Counted from the stretch's first letter, positions 13,390 through 28,701 are shown. The stretch: DNA of 64,000 nt from Octopus sinensis (GCF_006345805.1 NC_043010.1:64914001-64978000); one strand, 5' to 3'. Notes: generated by a model not told the origin, from the sequence alone. A program made the numbers and translations.

Positions 13390-14410
13390 GCACACTTACA
13401 TTCACACACGTACATATGCACACACATGCACACACATACATGCAGGTACACACACATACACACAGATACACACATGCACTTACACACGCACACATGCGCA
13501 TACACGCACACACCCACGCACGCATACAGGAACGCAAATATAACTCCACACACACGACTCCATGCACATACTCACATATACACACACCCATACACACACA
13601 TACATAAACACACATACGCACACATACACGCACGCGCACAGACATGAATGCACATGTACCACACATATACATCATACACACACAATACGCACATACAAGC
13701 ACACAAACAATACACACATATACACATACACACAGGCACACATACACGCGCGTAGAAATGCACACATACCTAACACACACAACCTCAAGCACACACATAC
13801 ACAAACGTGCATACACACATACACAAACGTGCATACACACATACACGCACACACGTACACACACAACATATACATACGCACACACACACACGCACACACG
13901 CACATGCACAGGCACACACATACAAACACACGCACATACATATACACACACACAACCCAACGTCCACACTCACACACATATACACATGCACACACACATA
14001 TACACACGAACATACACATACGCACATACACATATGTGCACACGAACGCACACACACGCACACACCATATGCATACACCACACACAAGACACACACAGCA
14101 TATACATAGACACACACACAGCATATACATAGACGCACACATACATACACATGCACACAATACTTCAAACTGCCTCCCAAACACATTTCTACTGACCATT
14201 CCTCTACGCACATGTGAAGAGACACATAACTCCACAAAGGACCACCACTCCTGTTACCATGCTGCTGAATGTTTCCAACTTTAAGAGACAAAGTTCACTC
14301 ACACATCCACATATAAACATCCAAGACCACACAAACTCCACACACACACGCATACACACACATACCATTACACCCACACCCACACGCAGACTAGCGCACA
14401 CGCACATACT
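13390..14410. repeat. Compound CA/TA-rich degenerate microsatellite
   Basis: About 1 kb of irregular (CA)n/(TACA)n; source of spurious His/Thr and Cys/Val ORFs. Confidence 0.9.
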
Positions 14411-14429
14411 AAAAGATACAGAGTCATAC

Positions 14430-14680
14430 CTCCTTCTCTTACACTCTCCTGTCTTCGAACTGTTTCCCGTATTTTCAAAATGTGAATCGTTGGCGATTTT
14501 TTCTTCCATCTATTGGACTTTCCAGTCTCCTGTTTCTGAAGAAGGGCTTCGCTCGAACCGTAAACCCAATGTTCTTTCCTTCCCTTGAGCATCTGCTAAT
14601 ACTTTGCATGTATCACTCTTTACGTTGTTGTTTTTTTTTCTTGTGTTTGTTCTTCGTGTTTTTGGATTTAATATATATAA
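14430..14680 (+). mobile_element. Penelope-like 3' terminal remnant with hammerhead-like motif
   Basis: ctgaaga-a-gggc-ttc-gctc-gaaccgt at 14536-14561 followed by T-rich tail. Confidence 0.5.
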
Positions 14681-14684
14681 ATAC

Positions 14685-14752
<68 letters not shown>

Positions 14753-14755
14753 GTA

Positions 14756-15160
14756 TTGGGTCATTCCATAAATAATGCGGTGTTTTTCAATCGCATGAAC
14801 TAAAAGTTGAAATAGGATGGGATAAATTACCTGCATCAACCTGCTATGAAGCAGATAGTAATGTTCCCTCTTCCTTATTCTTAGTGCAAGTTTGTTTTAT
14901 TATGAGTTCAACAAAGGCAACAAAGAAACGGAAAATGCGAGGGATATTAATGCAGTGTATGGGGATTGGACAATAAGTGTAAGCCAGTTTCAACTGTGGT
15001 TCCAGAAATTCCGAGCCGGAAACAACAACCTAGAAGACGAGCCACATCTTGGAAGATCTGTAGAGCTCGAGAAAGATGTCTTGCAAATTCTGGCGGAACA
15101 AAATCCATCGTAACTGTTGAGGAACTAGTACAGCAGCTTGGTTTTGGTCATTCAAGATGG
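14756..15160 (+). mobile_element. mariner (Mos1/SETMAR-like) 5' fragment: TIR plus HTH region
   Basis: TA|ttgggtcattccataa; YEFNKGNKETENARDINAVYG...WFQKFRAGNNNLEDEPHLGR. Confidence 0.8.
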
Positions 15161-15399
15161 AAAAGTATTGTAGAAAAATTTAGATTAAAAAAGTACTTTA
15201 TTTATCTTAAGTTTAAAAAAAAATGAAGGTTAAAAAACTGCATTATTTATGGGATAACCGAATGTATATATATTTTCTTTTACTCTCTTACTGTTTTCAG
15301 TCAGGGTTAGGGCCGTACTGAAGCACAGACTTTCACAAGTTTTGGGTCTCCCTTCGGTATTATGCTTGACGAGTTGGACGGAACTGCAGCGCTTGATGT

Positions 15400-15640
15400 T
15401 TCCCAGTGGAGAGAAGACACCCGAGAATTGTTTATTTAGTACTTCCCTTATCCTCTTTGAGTCTGCAGTTAACAAATCGACTTCAGATTGTTGACCTATC
15501 TTGTAGTGCACTGTGGCAGATTCTTTCAATAGTTGGTTTTGAACAATACCTCCTCAATTCTGTCGTGTGGTCTGAGAAAATTGTCGACGTTATCTTCACG
15601 TTATACATTAGAGCTACAGTTTTGGTAAAACAGAATTCTA
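15400..15640 (-). mobile_element. CR1-like LINE ORF2 linker fragment
   Basis: REVLNKQFSGVFS resembles the AEILNxxFxSVF motif. Confidence 0.45.
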
Positions 15641-15663
15641 ACCTCCCTCTCTATTCCTTCCTC

Positions 15664-15744
<81 letters not shown>

Positions 15745-15753
15745 GTATATATA

Positions 15754-15836
<83 letters not shown>

Positions 15837-15967
15837 ATATATATATATATAGAATAAAACTTTGTATATAAAGAGCGTGAAATTCACGAATTGACGAACA
15901 CGGAAAACAGACTGTCATTCAGAGCATTCATTCTTCAGTCAGAAACCGATTCATCATGGCAAATTTC

Positions 15968-16027
<60 letters not shown>

Positions 16028-16205
16028 TAAATATGTGAAGTATTATCACTGTTAGAAACAGTAATAATGAGGTGGCTAGCAAGACTTCTACATAAACAGT
16101 TATAATATTTGAAGAAAAGAAGGGTAAAAATACCGCTTGCAAAAAATGAAAGTGAAAGCTTAAGAAAACCCACCAATTCTGCGATAAATACACACACGAG
16201 CAATT

Positions 16206-16906
16206 TAATGAACATTTTAAAAAATAGGCCTGCCTTCAGGAGGGAAATTGAAGGTAGTTTTATTACATATTCCAACATCAATTGATTTCATGCTGTGCAT
16301 GATAAAACATGCCCGGCAACCCTCATTTGAAGGCAGTATTAACATCTATTTCTAAAATATTTAAAGTATTTAACAATATTTTTCTAAAATATTCATTACG
16401 TCAACTCGTGAGCGTTTCTAACTTTTGGGCAATGAAATGTTACCGAAGTATTTATCACGAATATAGTAGTTACATTACTACCACCCTTTATCACTATACA
16501 CCTGTGATAAGTTGTAAGCATGGAAATAGTGGCATTTATTCTGTTCCTAACATTTTTAATAAGTCCATTGTTGCCAGGTCATAGTTTCAGATTGTTTCTA
16601 TATTACGTGTTTTGCACATTTCTTGCGTTATCATATCAATACATTAATGCGTGTACCTCTACGGACACAGGAAAACTAGTGATTTATTAATTACTGTCTT
16701 CCTGTTTCAGTAGAACTAAATATGTTTAAATATGCTATGGCTACTGAATACCTGCAATAAATGACGCTGAAAAAATAATAATCTAGATTTAAACAATTTA
16801 ACGTTTCGTCTGATTTTTATCACAACACATGAATGTGAGATGTCATCACGTGACGAACGCCGCAGTTTTGTGACTTTGTGCAGTATATCCACGTACATTA
16901 AGTAAG

Positions 16907-16942
<36 letters not shown>

Positions 16943-17597
16943 GTGTGTGTGTGTGTGTGTATGTCTCCGAATGATTATGTAACACACAGACACGCACGCG
17001 CACGCATACAGATATATACATAGTCATTACGAGTCAAATATTTCCTGCTTTCTTTACGAAGATTTTTGTGAATGAACGCTTGAAAAGCATAATTGTTATA
17101 AACCGGTGTAGTCCTCATTTCCACTCGCACGTTATTAACATAACAGGATATATTTAGAAAGAAACGAATCCACAGGTTGAGACATATTTTTAAAAATATA
17201 ATATAGACTTAAATTATACCTTGTTGACAATTGTCACCTTCATATCCAGCAGCACACCCATCTGGACATGTCCCATTTCGTCTGTCGCAGGTTTTGTTGT
17301 CAACACAGTGACATATATATTTACAATTTACACCAAATTTATCTCCTTCACATTCTGAAAATATTGGTATAAACAAATTATATTAGATATCATTTACTGA
17401 ATATAATAAAAGGTATGTCTATAATACTTTTCTACTTCAGAAATATAATTAAGATATCGTATGCCTGTAAACAAACATTTGTTTCGCTTAACGTAATATG
17501 TTATCATAAACAAGATTGAACAGGTAGAGACATTAAATGAAATATAAAAACTAATTTAATAATTTGGAATAAAGTATAGAAAATTACCTTCTTGACA
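16206..17597. repeat. Segmental duplicate, copy 1 (paralog at 19741-21180)
   Basis: Long colinear near-identity starting taatgaacattttaaaaa; includes the B exon and the A-exon donor. Confidence 0.9.
17220..17354 (-). CDS. EGF exon type B (ECEGDKFGVNCKYICHCVDNKTCDRRNGTCPDGCAAGYEGDNCQQ)
   Basis: ttttcag|AA ... CAAG|gtataa, 135 nt. Confidence 0.88.
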
Positions 17598-17716
17598 GCT
17601 GGATCCGCTGTATCCTGCATCACAATCACCTGGACATGATCCATTTACGTGGTTACATGGTAGGGAACAATGACAATGCTCTTTGCAACTATCACCAAAG
17701 CTACCACTGGAACATT
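17588..17716 (-). CDS. EGF exon type A (ECSSGSFGDSCKEHCHCSLPCNHVNGSCPGDCDAGYSGSSCQE)
   Basis: ttccag|AA ... GAAG|gtaatt, 129 nt. Confidence 0.88.
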
Positions 17717-17760
17717 CTGGAATAAAGTATTGTTAGAAACGAATCCGGAGTATTCCGCCT

Positions 17761-18152
<392 letters not shown>

Positions 18153-18246
18153 CATGTATGCATATATATATATATGATACTATATGCATATATATGTATG
18201 TATATATATATATATATGTATATATTTATATATTTATATATGTATG

Positions 18247-18277
<31 letters not shown>

Positions 18278-18476
18278 ATACAAGCAATTATGCCCCTACG
18301 TGAATTTGCGTGTGCAGGAAGGCAGGTACACACACACATGAACACGTAAAGTCACTGAAATACATCTATTCACAGATGTATGGATACCTTACCATCCATG
18401 CATACATACATACATATTTACTTTTATATGAACACAAGTAAACAGCATACACGTATATATATACATATGTATGTGT

Positions 18477-18524
<48 letters not shown>

Positions 18525-18599
18525 GTATATATATATGTATATGTAGATATCTATATGTGTGTGTGTTTTGTGTCTGTGACTGTGTGTGTATGTGTGTGT

Positions 18600-18750
18600 G
18601 AACACGCATGGCTCAGTGGTTAAGGATTGCGAGGTCATGCGTTCGATCTCCAGACGTGGCGTTGCGTTGTCTTCTAGAGCAAAACACTTCATTCCACGTT
18701 GCTCTGCGATCATTTCGTCACCTGGCATGGGGCACCCGTTGCCCCAGTGC
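18600..18750 (+). mobile_element. tRNA-derived SINE fragment
   Basis: tggctcagtggttaagg...gttcgatctcc A/B-box-like head; gagcaaaacactt. Confidence 0.6.
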
Positions 18751-19224
18751 AAATAATGTTGATTTCATTTGATCACTGCAAACAAATCATCTGCGTCGCT
18801 GTTTGCTAAGACATTGCCTAACGACGGTTTAGTCCATTATATATATATAAATATACATGTGTGTGTGTGTGTGTGTATGTGTGCATGTATATATATATAT
18901 ATATATGGGAAAGATATCCATAATATACATCTGGAGATCCTAAGTGTCCTGAACTTGCATCGAGAGTTACGCAAATGCCAGAACTGGGCGCCACTGCGTG
19001 GTGCCTAGGATATATGTAGGACACTCGAAGATTTCACAATGAGCTGGATCTGTAGGTCAGATGAAAAACTGCAGGGCGATGAGGGCAGCTGCATCGAATC
19101 TCTATGACCAAATAGCAGTTGCTAGAAAGCCTCATGAAGTGAGTAGATGGCGGTGTAGCATGGCACAGTCATATGAAATAGAATCAATCATCAATATATA
19201 TATGTATATCAATATATATGCATG

Positions 19225-19277
<53 letters not shown>

Positions 19278-19740
19278 CTGTGTGGGCGTATGTGTGTGTG
19301 TGTATGTATGTATGTATGTATGTATGTATGCTATGTCAGGTCACTTTCGAGTGCTACTGGTAAGATATAATCCAGTACAACCTGTTGCAATGCAAGCCAC
19401 ATCTGAACTTTCTGCATATATTTAGATGTACTCGTGTTAATCATCATGAAAACAATAAGAGATAAAGTAATCAATGAATACATTTACCTTTCTGTGTGTG
19501 TGTGTGTGATTGTAGATAGTCTCTTGAACTCTTACAAACAGCATCTATTTCTCATCTTATTTTACAGTTTTAAGAAAAGAAAAGATTTTTGCATAATGTA
19601 GTATTTGATATAGAAAAGAGCGAGATACTTCTGTCTGGAATATCTTGGTTCATTGCTTGTAAGCTTTTCTGGGCTGACTTACACTTTCTCTCTCTATCTA
19701 TCCCTCTGTCTCTCTTTTATTTCCCCCCCTCCGCTCACTG

Positions 19741-20427
19741 TAATGAACATTTTAAAAAGTAGGCCTGCCTTCAGGAGCGAAATTGAAGGTAGTTTCAATA
19801 CATATTCCAACATCAATTGATTTCATGCTGTGCATGATAACACATGCTCGGCAATCCTCAGTATTAACATCTATTTCTAAAATATTTAAAGTAATTAACA
19901 TATTTTTCTAAAATATTCATTACGTCAACTCGTGAACGTTTCTAACTTTTGGGCAATGAAATGTTACCGAAGTATTTATCACGAATATAGTAGTTACATT
20001 ACTACCACCCTTTATCACTATACACCTGTGATAAGTAGTAAGCATGGAAATAGTGGCATTTATTCTGTTCCTGACATTTTTAATAAGTCTATTGTTGCCA
20101 GGTCATAGTTCAGATTGTTTCTATATTACGTGTTTTGCACATTACTTGCGTTATCGTATCAATACATTAATGCGTGTACCTCTACGGACACAGGAAAACT
20201 AGTGATTTATTAATTACTGTCTTCCTGTTTCAGTAGAACTAAATTTGTTTACATATTCCATGGCTACTGAATACCTGCAACAAATGACGGTGAAAAAAAA
20301 AATCTAGATTTAAACAATTTAACGTTTCGTCTGATTTTTATCACAACACATGAATGTGAGATGTGATCACGTGACGAACGCCGCAGTTTTTTGACTTTGT
20401 GCATTATATCCACGTACATTAAGTAAG

Positions 20428-20523
<96 letters not shown>

Positions 20524-21180
20524 GTGTGTGTGTGTGTATGTCTCCGAATGATTATGTAACACACAGACACGCACGCGCACACTTACAGGTATATACATAG
20601 TTATTACGAGTCAAATATTTCCTGATTTCTTTACGAAGATTTTTGTGAATGAATGCTTGAAAAGCATAATTGTTATAAACCCGTGTAGTCCTCATTTCCA
20701 CTCGCACATTATTAAAATACCAGGAAATATTTAGAAAGAGACGAATTCACAGGCTGAGACGTATTTTTAAAAATATAATGTAGACTTAAATTATACCTTG
20801 TTGACAATTATCACCGTCATATCCAGCAGCACACCCATCTGGACATGTCCCATTTCGTCTGTCGCACTTTTTGTTGTCAACACAGTGACATATATCTTTA
20901 CAATTTACACCAAATTTATCTCCTTTACATTCTGAAAATATTGGTATAAACAAATTATATTAGATATCATTTACTGAATATAATAAAATGTATGTCTATA
21001 ATACGTTTCTACTTAAGAAATATAATTAAGATATTGCATGCCTGTAAACAAACATTAAAATTGTTTCGCTTGACGTAATATGTTCTCATAAACAAGATTG
21101 AACAGGTAGAGACATTAAATGAAATATAAAACATAATTTAATAATTTTGGAATGAAGTATAGAAAATTACCTTCTTGACA
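19741..21180. repeat. Segmental duplicate, copy 2 (paralog at 16206-17597)
   Basis: Colinear near-identity; ends abruptly inside the A exon. Confidence 0.9.
20797..20931 (-). CDS. EGF exon type B (ECKGDKFGVNCKDICHCVDNKKCDRRNGTCPDGCAAGYDGDNCQQ)
   Basis: ttttcag|AA ... CAAG|gtataa, 135 nt. Confidence 0.85.
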
Positions 21181-21185
21181 TCTGG
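21171..21185 (-). pseudogene. Truncated remnant (3' end only) of EGF exon type A
   Basis: TGTCAAGAAG|gtaattttc plus the whole downstream intron match 17588 and below; the rest of the exon is replaced by unrelated sequence. Confidence 0.8.
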
Positions 21186-21773
21186 GGCCGTTTCTGGGCT
21201 GACTTACACTTTCTCTCTCTATCTCTCTGTCTCTCTTTTATTTCTCCCCCTCCCCTCACTCTCCATTGCTGCAGCCGTCAGCAATCATGGAACTGGAACT
21301 CTAAACCAATATCTGACGATTCAGCACTAGTGATGTCAGCAAGTTCTCGGAAGACAAGACCCCCTCAATTAAATAGGGTATAATCTGGAATCTCTAAATA
21401 GGACAACTAATATTATGGAACTCTTCCAGAATTGTAAGGAACAGTCTATAATTAGCTTGTTACAATAAATATACAACGTCGACAATTAGCTTGTCAAAAG
21501 AAATAAGACAAATTAAGCTGTTTCCTTTTTTAAAAAATATAGAGTATTAGGATAATACTTGGATAAAACGTAGCAATGAAGAAATAACGTCAGGGATATC
21601 CAGATACTAAATTAAAGTCTATAAGCCTCTCCAATGCCCCAAACAGCATATATAACGTAATTTTTTCTTTTAGAATTCTCGCGTAAACTGGTTTTGCAAA
21701 TGGAGTCAGTATGGAAACATGTTTAACTTATAATTAAAGATGTGTTAAAGTATTTTCCTTGTCTTCTTCTTTT

Positions 21774-21984
<211 letters not shown>

Positions 21985-22004
21985 AAAAGAAGAAGACATA
22001 TATG

Positions 22005-22038
<34 letters not shown>

Positions 22039-22135
22039 ATTGTTTTTTGTATCGTCTTCTAACTGTTTTACGTTCTTGTCCCAGTTTGTATTTTTCTACA
22101 TAATATATATACTGCGGCGTCCGTACCATCGTTGG

Positions 22136-22197
<62 letters not shown>

Positions 22198-23104
22198 ATA
22201 TATGTAAGTGGAGAAAGACTGTATTTATGGTTATTAATGGGATTCACCACAATTACTTAATAGACAGCATGAAGCATTCTCTTCATGCAAACATAAGTTC
22301 TATTCTACATTTAGGTTCTTCCACAGGTCCATATGCAAGCAAATCAACACGCATAATACTTTCTTAACTACATTCATCATTTCAATATACGTGCGTTTTT
22401 CCTTGATCTATTTATACATTTACCTCAACATAAGTATCTTAGAAGTTCCCTAACTGCAATGCTCTTTTTAATTCTTAAGGCATCCATTTCTAGCAATTTA
22501 CCTCCCTTACTGACCACTGAACTAAAGTTTATTCTTTCTCACCACGCTGAACCTAGAATTCTTCTATCTACTGAATTACCCTTTAATAGCATAAATGCCT
22601 TCCTTCTCCACTTTACCAATACCTTAACCCCTAACCTCTCACCCGGAATCTACCCTGACGAAGAATGATGCCGCTCTCTTCCCTTTTATCTTTCTCTTAC
22701 TTGTTCTTTTCTTTTTATTTTCGCTTTCGCTCTCACTCTTTCTATTTCCAGTACCTATCCTATTCCTTTCTTTTCTCTCTTCTATTCACTCACTCACACC
22801 ACCACTTTCTCTCAAATCTATCCTGATGTTTGTCTCCCCCACACTATAAAAACACCATTTTTGTTCTTACAAGATAATCAATTAATCTATTCATTCAATC
22901 TGATGACAATATTCCACATACTGCCTAGATTTATCTGGATTATACTTAAAGGACTATACCTTCATGGAAGTACAGACTAATTTCCATACCTTCTCGAATA
23001 AGATGAGCTGTGAACTTTATTCCCATGTCTTTCTTCTATATAATGTGAATTCTCTGCCTAGAAATTTCCTACATATATAACATGTCTCTGATTATGGACC
23101 ACCC

Positions 23105-23290
23105 AGTGTGTGAGGTTGACCCATCACCTGGTATATACGATGGGCTTTCTTTCAGTTTCCTCCTACCGATCCACTCACAAGTCTTCGGTTGGCCCTAGGT
23201 TATATTACAAGACATTTGCCTAAGATGCCACGCAGTGTGACTGAATCCACAACCATGGGTTTGGGAAGCAAGCTTCTCACCACAGGGCCA
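23105..23290 (-). mobile_element. OK/OR-type SINE 5' fragment
   Basis: Reverse complement resembles 4497-4660 (ccatggttgtggattcagtcacactgcgtggca). Confidence 0.65.
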
Positions 23291-23927
23291 GATCTGCACC
23301 TTCCTTATATATTTAGTGTTTCTTTTCTTGTTCATCATTACAGCCATAATATATAAAGTAATCAACGAATACGTGTATGTGTGTGTGTATGTGTGTGTAT
23401 GTATCTTTAGAGACTCTCTTGAACTCTTACAAACAGCATTTACTTCACATCATATTTTACTGTTTCAAGAAAAGGAGAAATTTATGTATAATGTAGTATT
23501 TGATATAGAAAAAGAATGAGATACTTATGTCTGGAGTTCTTTCGGGCATAGCTTGTACGCTTTTCTCGAACTGACTTACTCGCTCTCTCTCCCCTCTCTA
23601 TTCTTGCAGCCGTCAGCAATCATGAACCTGGACCTCTAAACCAATGTCTGAGGATTCCTGATGTTTCTTATGCAAGATACAGCAGCAGTTCTCGTTACCT
23701 ACAACCGTTTATTTACAGTTTATTCTGTTATCTCCTAATCTCAAAATTTTATCCTTCAGCTACAATGTTTATTTCATCTATAAACAGTGGAAATGATTCG
23801 TGTGCCATCAAGTCACACTGCGATAGGCTTACGTAACATATGCCAAGGATTAAACCCACTTACAAAACCTGAATGCCTTAGCCACAAAACCCTCATCTGC
23901 TAATTGGGCCCTTTTACTGAAAATAAA

Positions 23928-24056
23928 CTTCTTGGCAGTTGAATCCGGTGTATTCTGCATTGAAATCACCCGGATACGGTCCTTTACTGTGGTAATATTT
24001 TTCGGAACAACGACAAGACATTTTATATTGGAGACCAAATGTGTTACTATATCAGG
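23928..24056 (-). pseudogene. Dead EGF exon type A
   Basis: 129 nt, colinear with 9539-9664; first Cys codon is TGA, 5 of 8 Cys lost, donor GT mutated to TT (GAAG|tttatt). Confidence 0.85.
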
Positions 24057-24829
24057 CTAATATTAAGATGGTTACGTGGGAATTCCTCTCAGAACATATT
24101 TACGATACCATTGTGTACATTGTTTACTGAAATCATGAAGACGTTTAATCAGATTAGCGTGTGGAATACACAAAAATCTATACTAACATAACACCTACAA
24201 TTGTTATATACTTCATTTCCTTACGTCAGTGATGTGTTTAAATCCTTCAATGAAAATAGCTCCATTAATAAATATAAAAACCTAAACACACAACTACAAT
24301 CTGTATGGTCATAAATATAATGACTATAATACAAAATACCCGATCAGTTAATGACATCATATATAGGACAAATAATCTTGTGAGAAATCTTCCATCATCA
24401 TAAGGAAATGTTTCTCCCTAACTTTTAGTAATTCACTATTTCAATAATTGCCTAAATTTAAAAAGAGAATAATAAATGTTATTTGAACCATCAAGCGAAG
24501 TTTATACTTTTAACGAACATTATGGAATAAAAGACACATGTTACTGATATTTCACCATAAATATAAGCGATTTAACGATATCTGTTTATATTTATAAGCA
24601 TTCCCTGTATATATGGCTTACCACATGTAATAAAACGAACTGATTTATGAAATATAGAATATATGGCTGTTTTCAGATTAAATCAATTAAAAGTGGCAAC
24701 CAAGAAATAATGTCAGGGATATCCAGACACAAAATTGAAGTCTATAAGAATATGTCTGTTTAGAAGTCAGGTGTTTTTGAGTGTATGTATTGACTGCTTC
24801 ATATATATTTACACGATCACAAACAAACA

Positions 24830-25073
24830 CACACTAACATACATGCACATGTAAATACGTATATATGTGGAGGTATGGATGGACGGATACATACTTACAT
24901 GCATACATACATACACCAATACATACATACATACAGAAATGCATACACACATACATACACACATACATACATGCATACATATATACATACATACATACAT
25001 ACATACACACATGTATACATTCACACATACATACATACACACACGCGCATACATACATACATACATACATACA

Positions 25074-25105
<32 letters not shown>

Positions 25106-25235
25106 CATACATACATACATACATACATACATTCATACATACATACATTCATACATACATACATACATACATACATACATACATTCATACATACATACAT
25201 ACATACATACATACATACATACATACATACATACG
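24830..25235. repeat. (TACA)n microsatellite
   Basis: About 400 bp tetranucleotide array. Confidence 0.95.
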
Positions 25236-25499
25236 TAATGGCGCTGTCAGCACCGGACGTGCAGGTGTAGAAGACCGTTTAAAATGTCCGTTTTGAACGC
25301 CTTCTTTTAGAAATATGCCGACTTCTCCAAATTAAATCGGTAAGTGGATTATTTCTGCAATAATTAATATGATAAACATCTTTTACTCACCAACAGATTT
25401 TAATATATAAATTTTCACCAAGTAGAATCTCGCTAACACGATTATAGATGAAACTAACATCACCACAGATGAAACTAACACCACCGATGAAAATACAAT

Positions 25500-27560
25500 T
25501 ATTTCACCAGTGAGTAATTTAAGAAGACGTAAGGACTCTTTTCATTTTACTTGTACCCAGCAACTAAACTAAGATTTACTTCGCTGCTATGAAAAAGCTG
25601 GACATGTCCCTTCAATCGGATACATGAAGCGATTAAAACAAAACTGGGACGAAGCTCATCCCAACTTAAATGCCTTCACAGCGAAATAACACCGACAACA
25701 AGCATCTTTTATGAAAAAAAGTCAACTAAACCTCGATCCTCCCAAAACACTGAGAATGGGACAAAATCTGCCAGAAGCGGCGTTAAAAATAATGTAAACA
25801 AACCATCGCTCCCGCCATCGCTAAATTCGAGTGTATCTCCAACCTTGGCAGACACAAGAGCGAAGACTGCGGAATACGACCAACTCAAGAACATTTTAAA
25901 GTTACAATTCGCAAAACATTTTGCTACTTTCTCGAAGTTTTCGTTGAGCAGCAGACCATTCCGATCGACAGTGAGAAAAACTCCGACCGATCTAATGTTT
26001 AAAGTTATCAACGATGTCCCTGTAGATAACATGGAATCACGTGAAGTTAATTACTGGAATTTAAATAATCTTATATATACACAGCCGCTATTACTCTTAA
26101 AGAACACCTAGGAGAAATCTACAGTAAACAAAGTAAAGAAATTACTAAACGGAAACAACCTAGATGGAAAACAAAACTTGAAGAAAACATTAAGAATCTG
26201 ACATTTTATAGGAAACCAGTTGATATGTATGTTCTGAAGGACTATAGAAGGTCAGAACGATACACCAAATTGGCTTGTTATAGCAAGAACAATTTTTGTT
26301 GCCAAAAATGAAATCACCGAAATGGCAGGGAACTACAGGCCCATTGCTTGCCTAAACATTATGCACAAACTGTACACATGTTGCTGCAATCAATTCTTTC
26401 AGGACCATTGTGAGTTGAACAACATTGTGACTGATGAACAGGCTGGCGGAAAGGACGGGGTGTTGGGATGTGCCGAACAACTTTTAACAAAGAAAGCTGT
26501 ACTGTCTGAAGTACGAAAAAAGCGTAGAAAGTCTTGTGACAGTATAGCTTGACTGTAAGAAGGCAATCGGCTCTATCCTTCATTCATGGCTGTTGAAGTG
26601 CCTGCACCTAGCAAAAGTACTTACCACCCTAAGTTTTGCTATAGAGAGACTCACAAAGACATGGACAATAGTTCTCATCCTTCCTTCCAACTGAGAACAG
26701 AATAATTGTTCCAGATAGTGTAGGCATCTTAAAGGGAATATTTCAGGGAGATAGTTTTTCTGTACTCCCTTTCAATATGGCACTGAATCCATTATCGTTC
26801 CTACTGCAGAAAACAATGGTTACATGCTAGGACCTTCAACTGCCAGAAATATCAATGTAACTCATAATTACTTTGTAGACAAGCTCAAAATTTATGCTAA
26901 AAGTGTTAACAATGCCAAAAAACAAATGGAATTAATAACAACATTTTCAGCTGTTATAGGCATGGAATTTGGCCGAAAGAAATGTTCATATTTGATTTAG
27001 AACGAGGAAAGTCAGTCCCCCAAACCCAAAACTTGTGCATCAACGGTCCTCTGTCTCCCCAATTCCGCACAAAAAATGTTAGAAGTACCTAGGTATAGAC
27101 GAAAAAGTATCATATGAAGTTACTGTGAATAAAGATAGAGTGGCCCGAGAATATTACACTCTCCTCATATAACAAAACAATATCCCACAATGCAGAGCTG
27201 ATCCCAACATTTGGGATACTTGATTGGTCTGTAGAGGAAATCCGCTCCATAGATATCAAAACCCGCAAAATCCTGACAGGAAGTGAGTAGCTCCACAGAA
27301 ACAGTGATGTTTACACGCTCTACCTAAGAAGAAATGAAGGTAGTAGAGGCCTGAGATCAGAGCAGACGGACTTCGAATGAATGCCGTTTGGTATCACACT
27401 CAGTCAGCACTTGTTGAACAACAGCAGTAAAATTAAAAAGTAAATGCAATGCTGAAAAGTTAAGTGAGGATCATTGTACGAGTTGGCAGTGAACTCCTCA
27501 AGAAACACACTTTCCCTATACAGCTCAAAAGCTGATGGGCTCTCTTATCTAAAAGAAGGC
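25500..27560 (+). mobile_element. Decayed non-LTR retrotransposon, R4/Dong-like RT
   Basis: GYMKRLKQNWDEAHP; YRPIACLNIMHKLYT...EQAGGKDGVLGCAEQLL; KGIFQGDSFS; YFVDKLKIYA; multiple stops. Confidence 0.75.
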
Positions 27561-28500
27561 CTGGATGGAAAGCACTCAGCATACAAAAAACAAGAAGTCT
27601 ATGCATGGATATGTTGCCCGGAAACTTGAAGAAGGCAGTAGAATTGGCATCAAGTGCAGCCTCTCTTGGACACAAGACTAGTACATTAGTTCTTATTCTA
27701 ACAGATATACTTTCAGTACATACCCCTCCACTGCTATTTAGTTCTCTTAATAAACAGAAACTATCTACGACTTCTAAGGGTCTTCTTATATATTCCAGAA
27801 AATCTATTTCCCATTTTCTCTTAGTGCTTATTGCGCCCAAGAATCGTCCACAAAACCTATTTTCTTCGTTAAACTTCCTGTGATACTGCTGTACCTCTTA
27901 TATGGCCCTTCTTTGTAATGAGTACTGTATGGAATTTCTTCCTATATCACTTCTACATTTTGAATAGGACCATTTACCTGAAGAGATTAGCATATTGTCT
28001 ATTTTCGTTCGAATTAAAACTTCAATTTCGTTAAAATAATTTTAAGGCCATTTGATTCTAGATTTTACTTCTATACCTGAAATTTCATTTCTTATTCTAA
28101 TATAGCTTCCGCTATGGAAGCAAGGTCATCAGCATAGGAAGGTTCCTGAAGAGCGACTGGCTTTAAATAGCTCTCTTATGACACAGAGGACCGTCATAAA
28201 TAAATTCATCGTTGTACGCATTGTTACTCACGCGTTACTTACAAATCCCTGTAAATAGCTTGAACGGCTCTCAGCATCCAATTATCTACTTGTTCCTACA
28301 GTGACTAGAAGAAACACTGTCTAATGCTTTCTTCAAATCGACGAATGTGACGTTTAGTGGCTTACATTTAGCTAAATACTTCTATAATTGCCATACTTCT
28401 CACCGACAGGAAACCAATCTGCATCTCGTTTATGTTAAATTTCATCCTAATTAATCGATCTATGATTAAGTGAGTTTCATGCTTGATCCAGTAATTTGAT
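27560..28500 (-). mobile_element. Decayed RTE-like LINE RT fragments
   Basis: TFVDLKKALDSV (about 28310-28350) and LEVVDSFC...SSGGVCTESISVRIR. Confidence 0.6.
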
Positions 28501-28641
28501 GTCTCAGTTGATAATTCTGACTAAGGTATTTCCTTTACCTTTGCAATGTTTTTAGTAAATGAATGAATGACATATTTCTATATCCTGGACCTAAAATAGA
28601 CGTATAATTATACCGAATCGACAAATATATCCACTATTCTA

Positions 28642-28701
<60 letters not shown>

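Noticed and set aside
21171-21181. Possible 11-nt micro-exon (ccccag|ATGTCAAGAAG|gt)
   Set aside because: Not a multiple of 3, no polypyrimidine tract, and explained as a truncation remnant.
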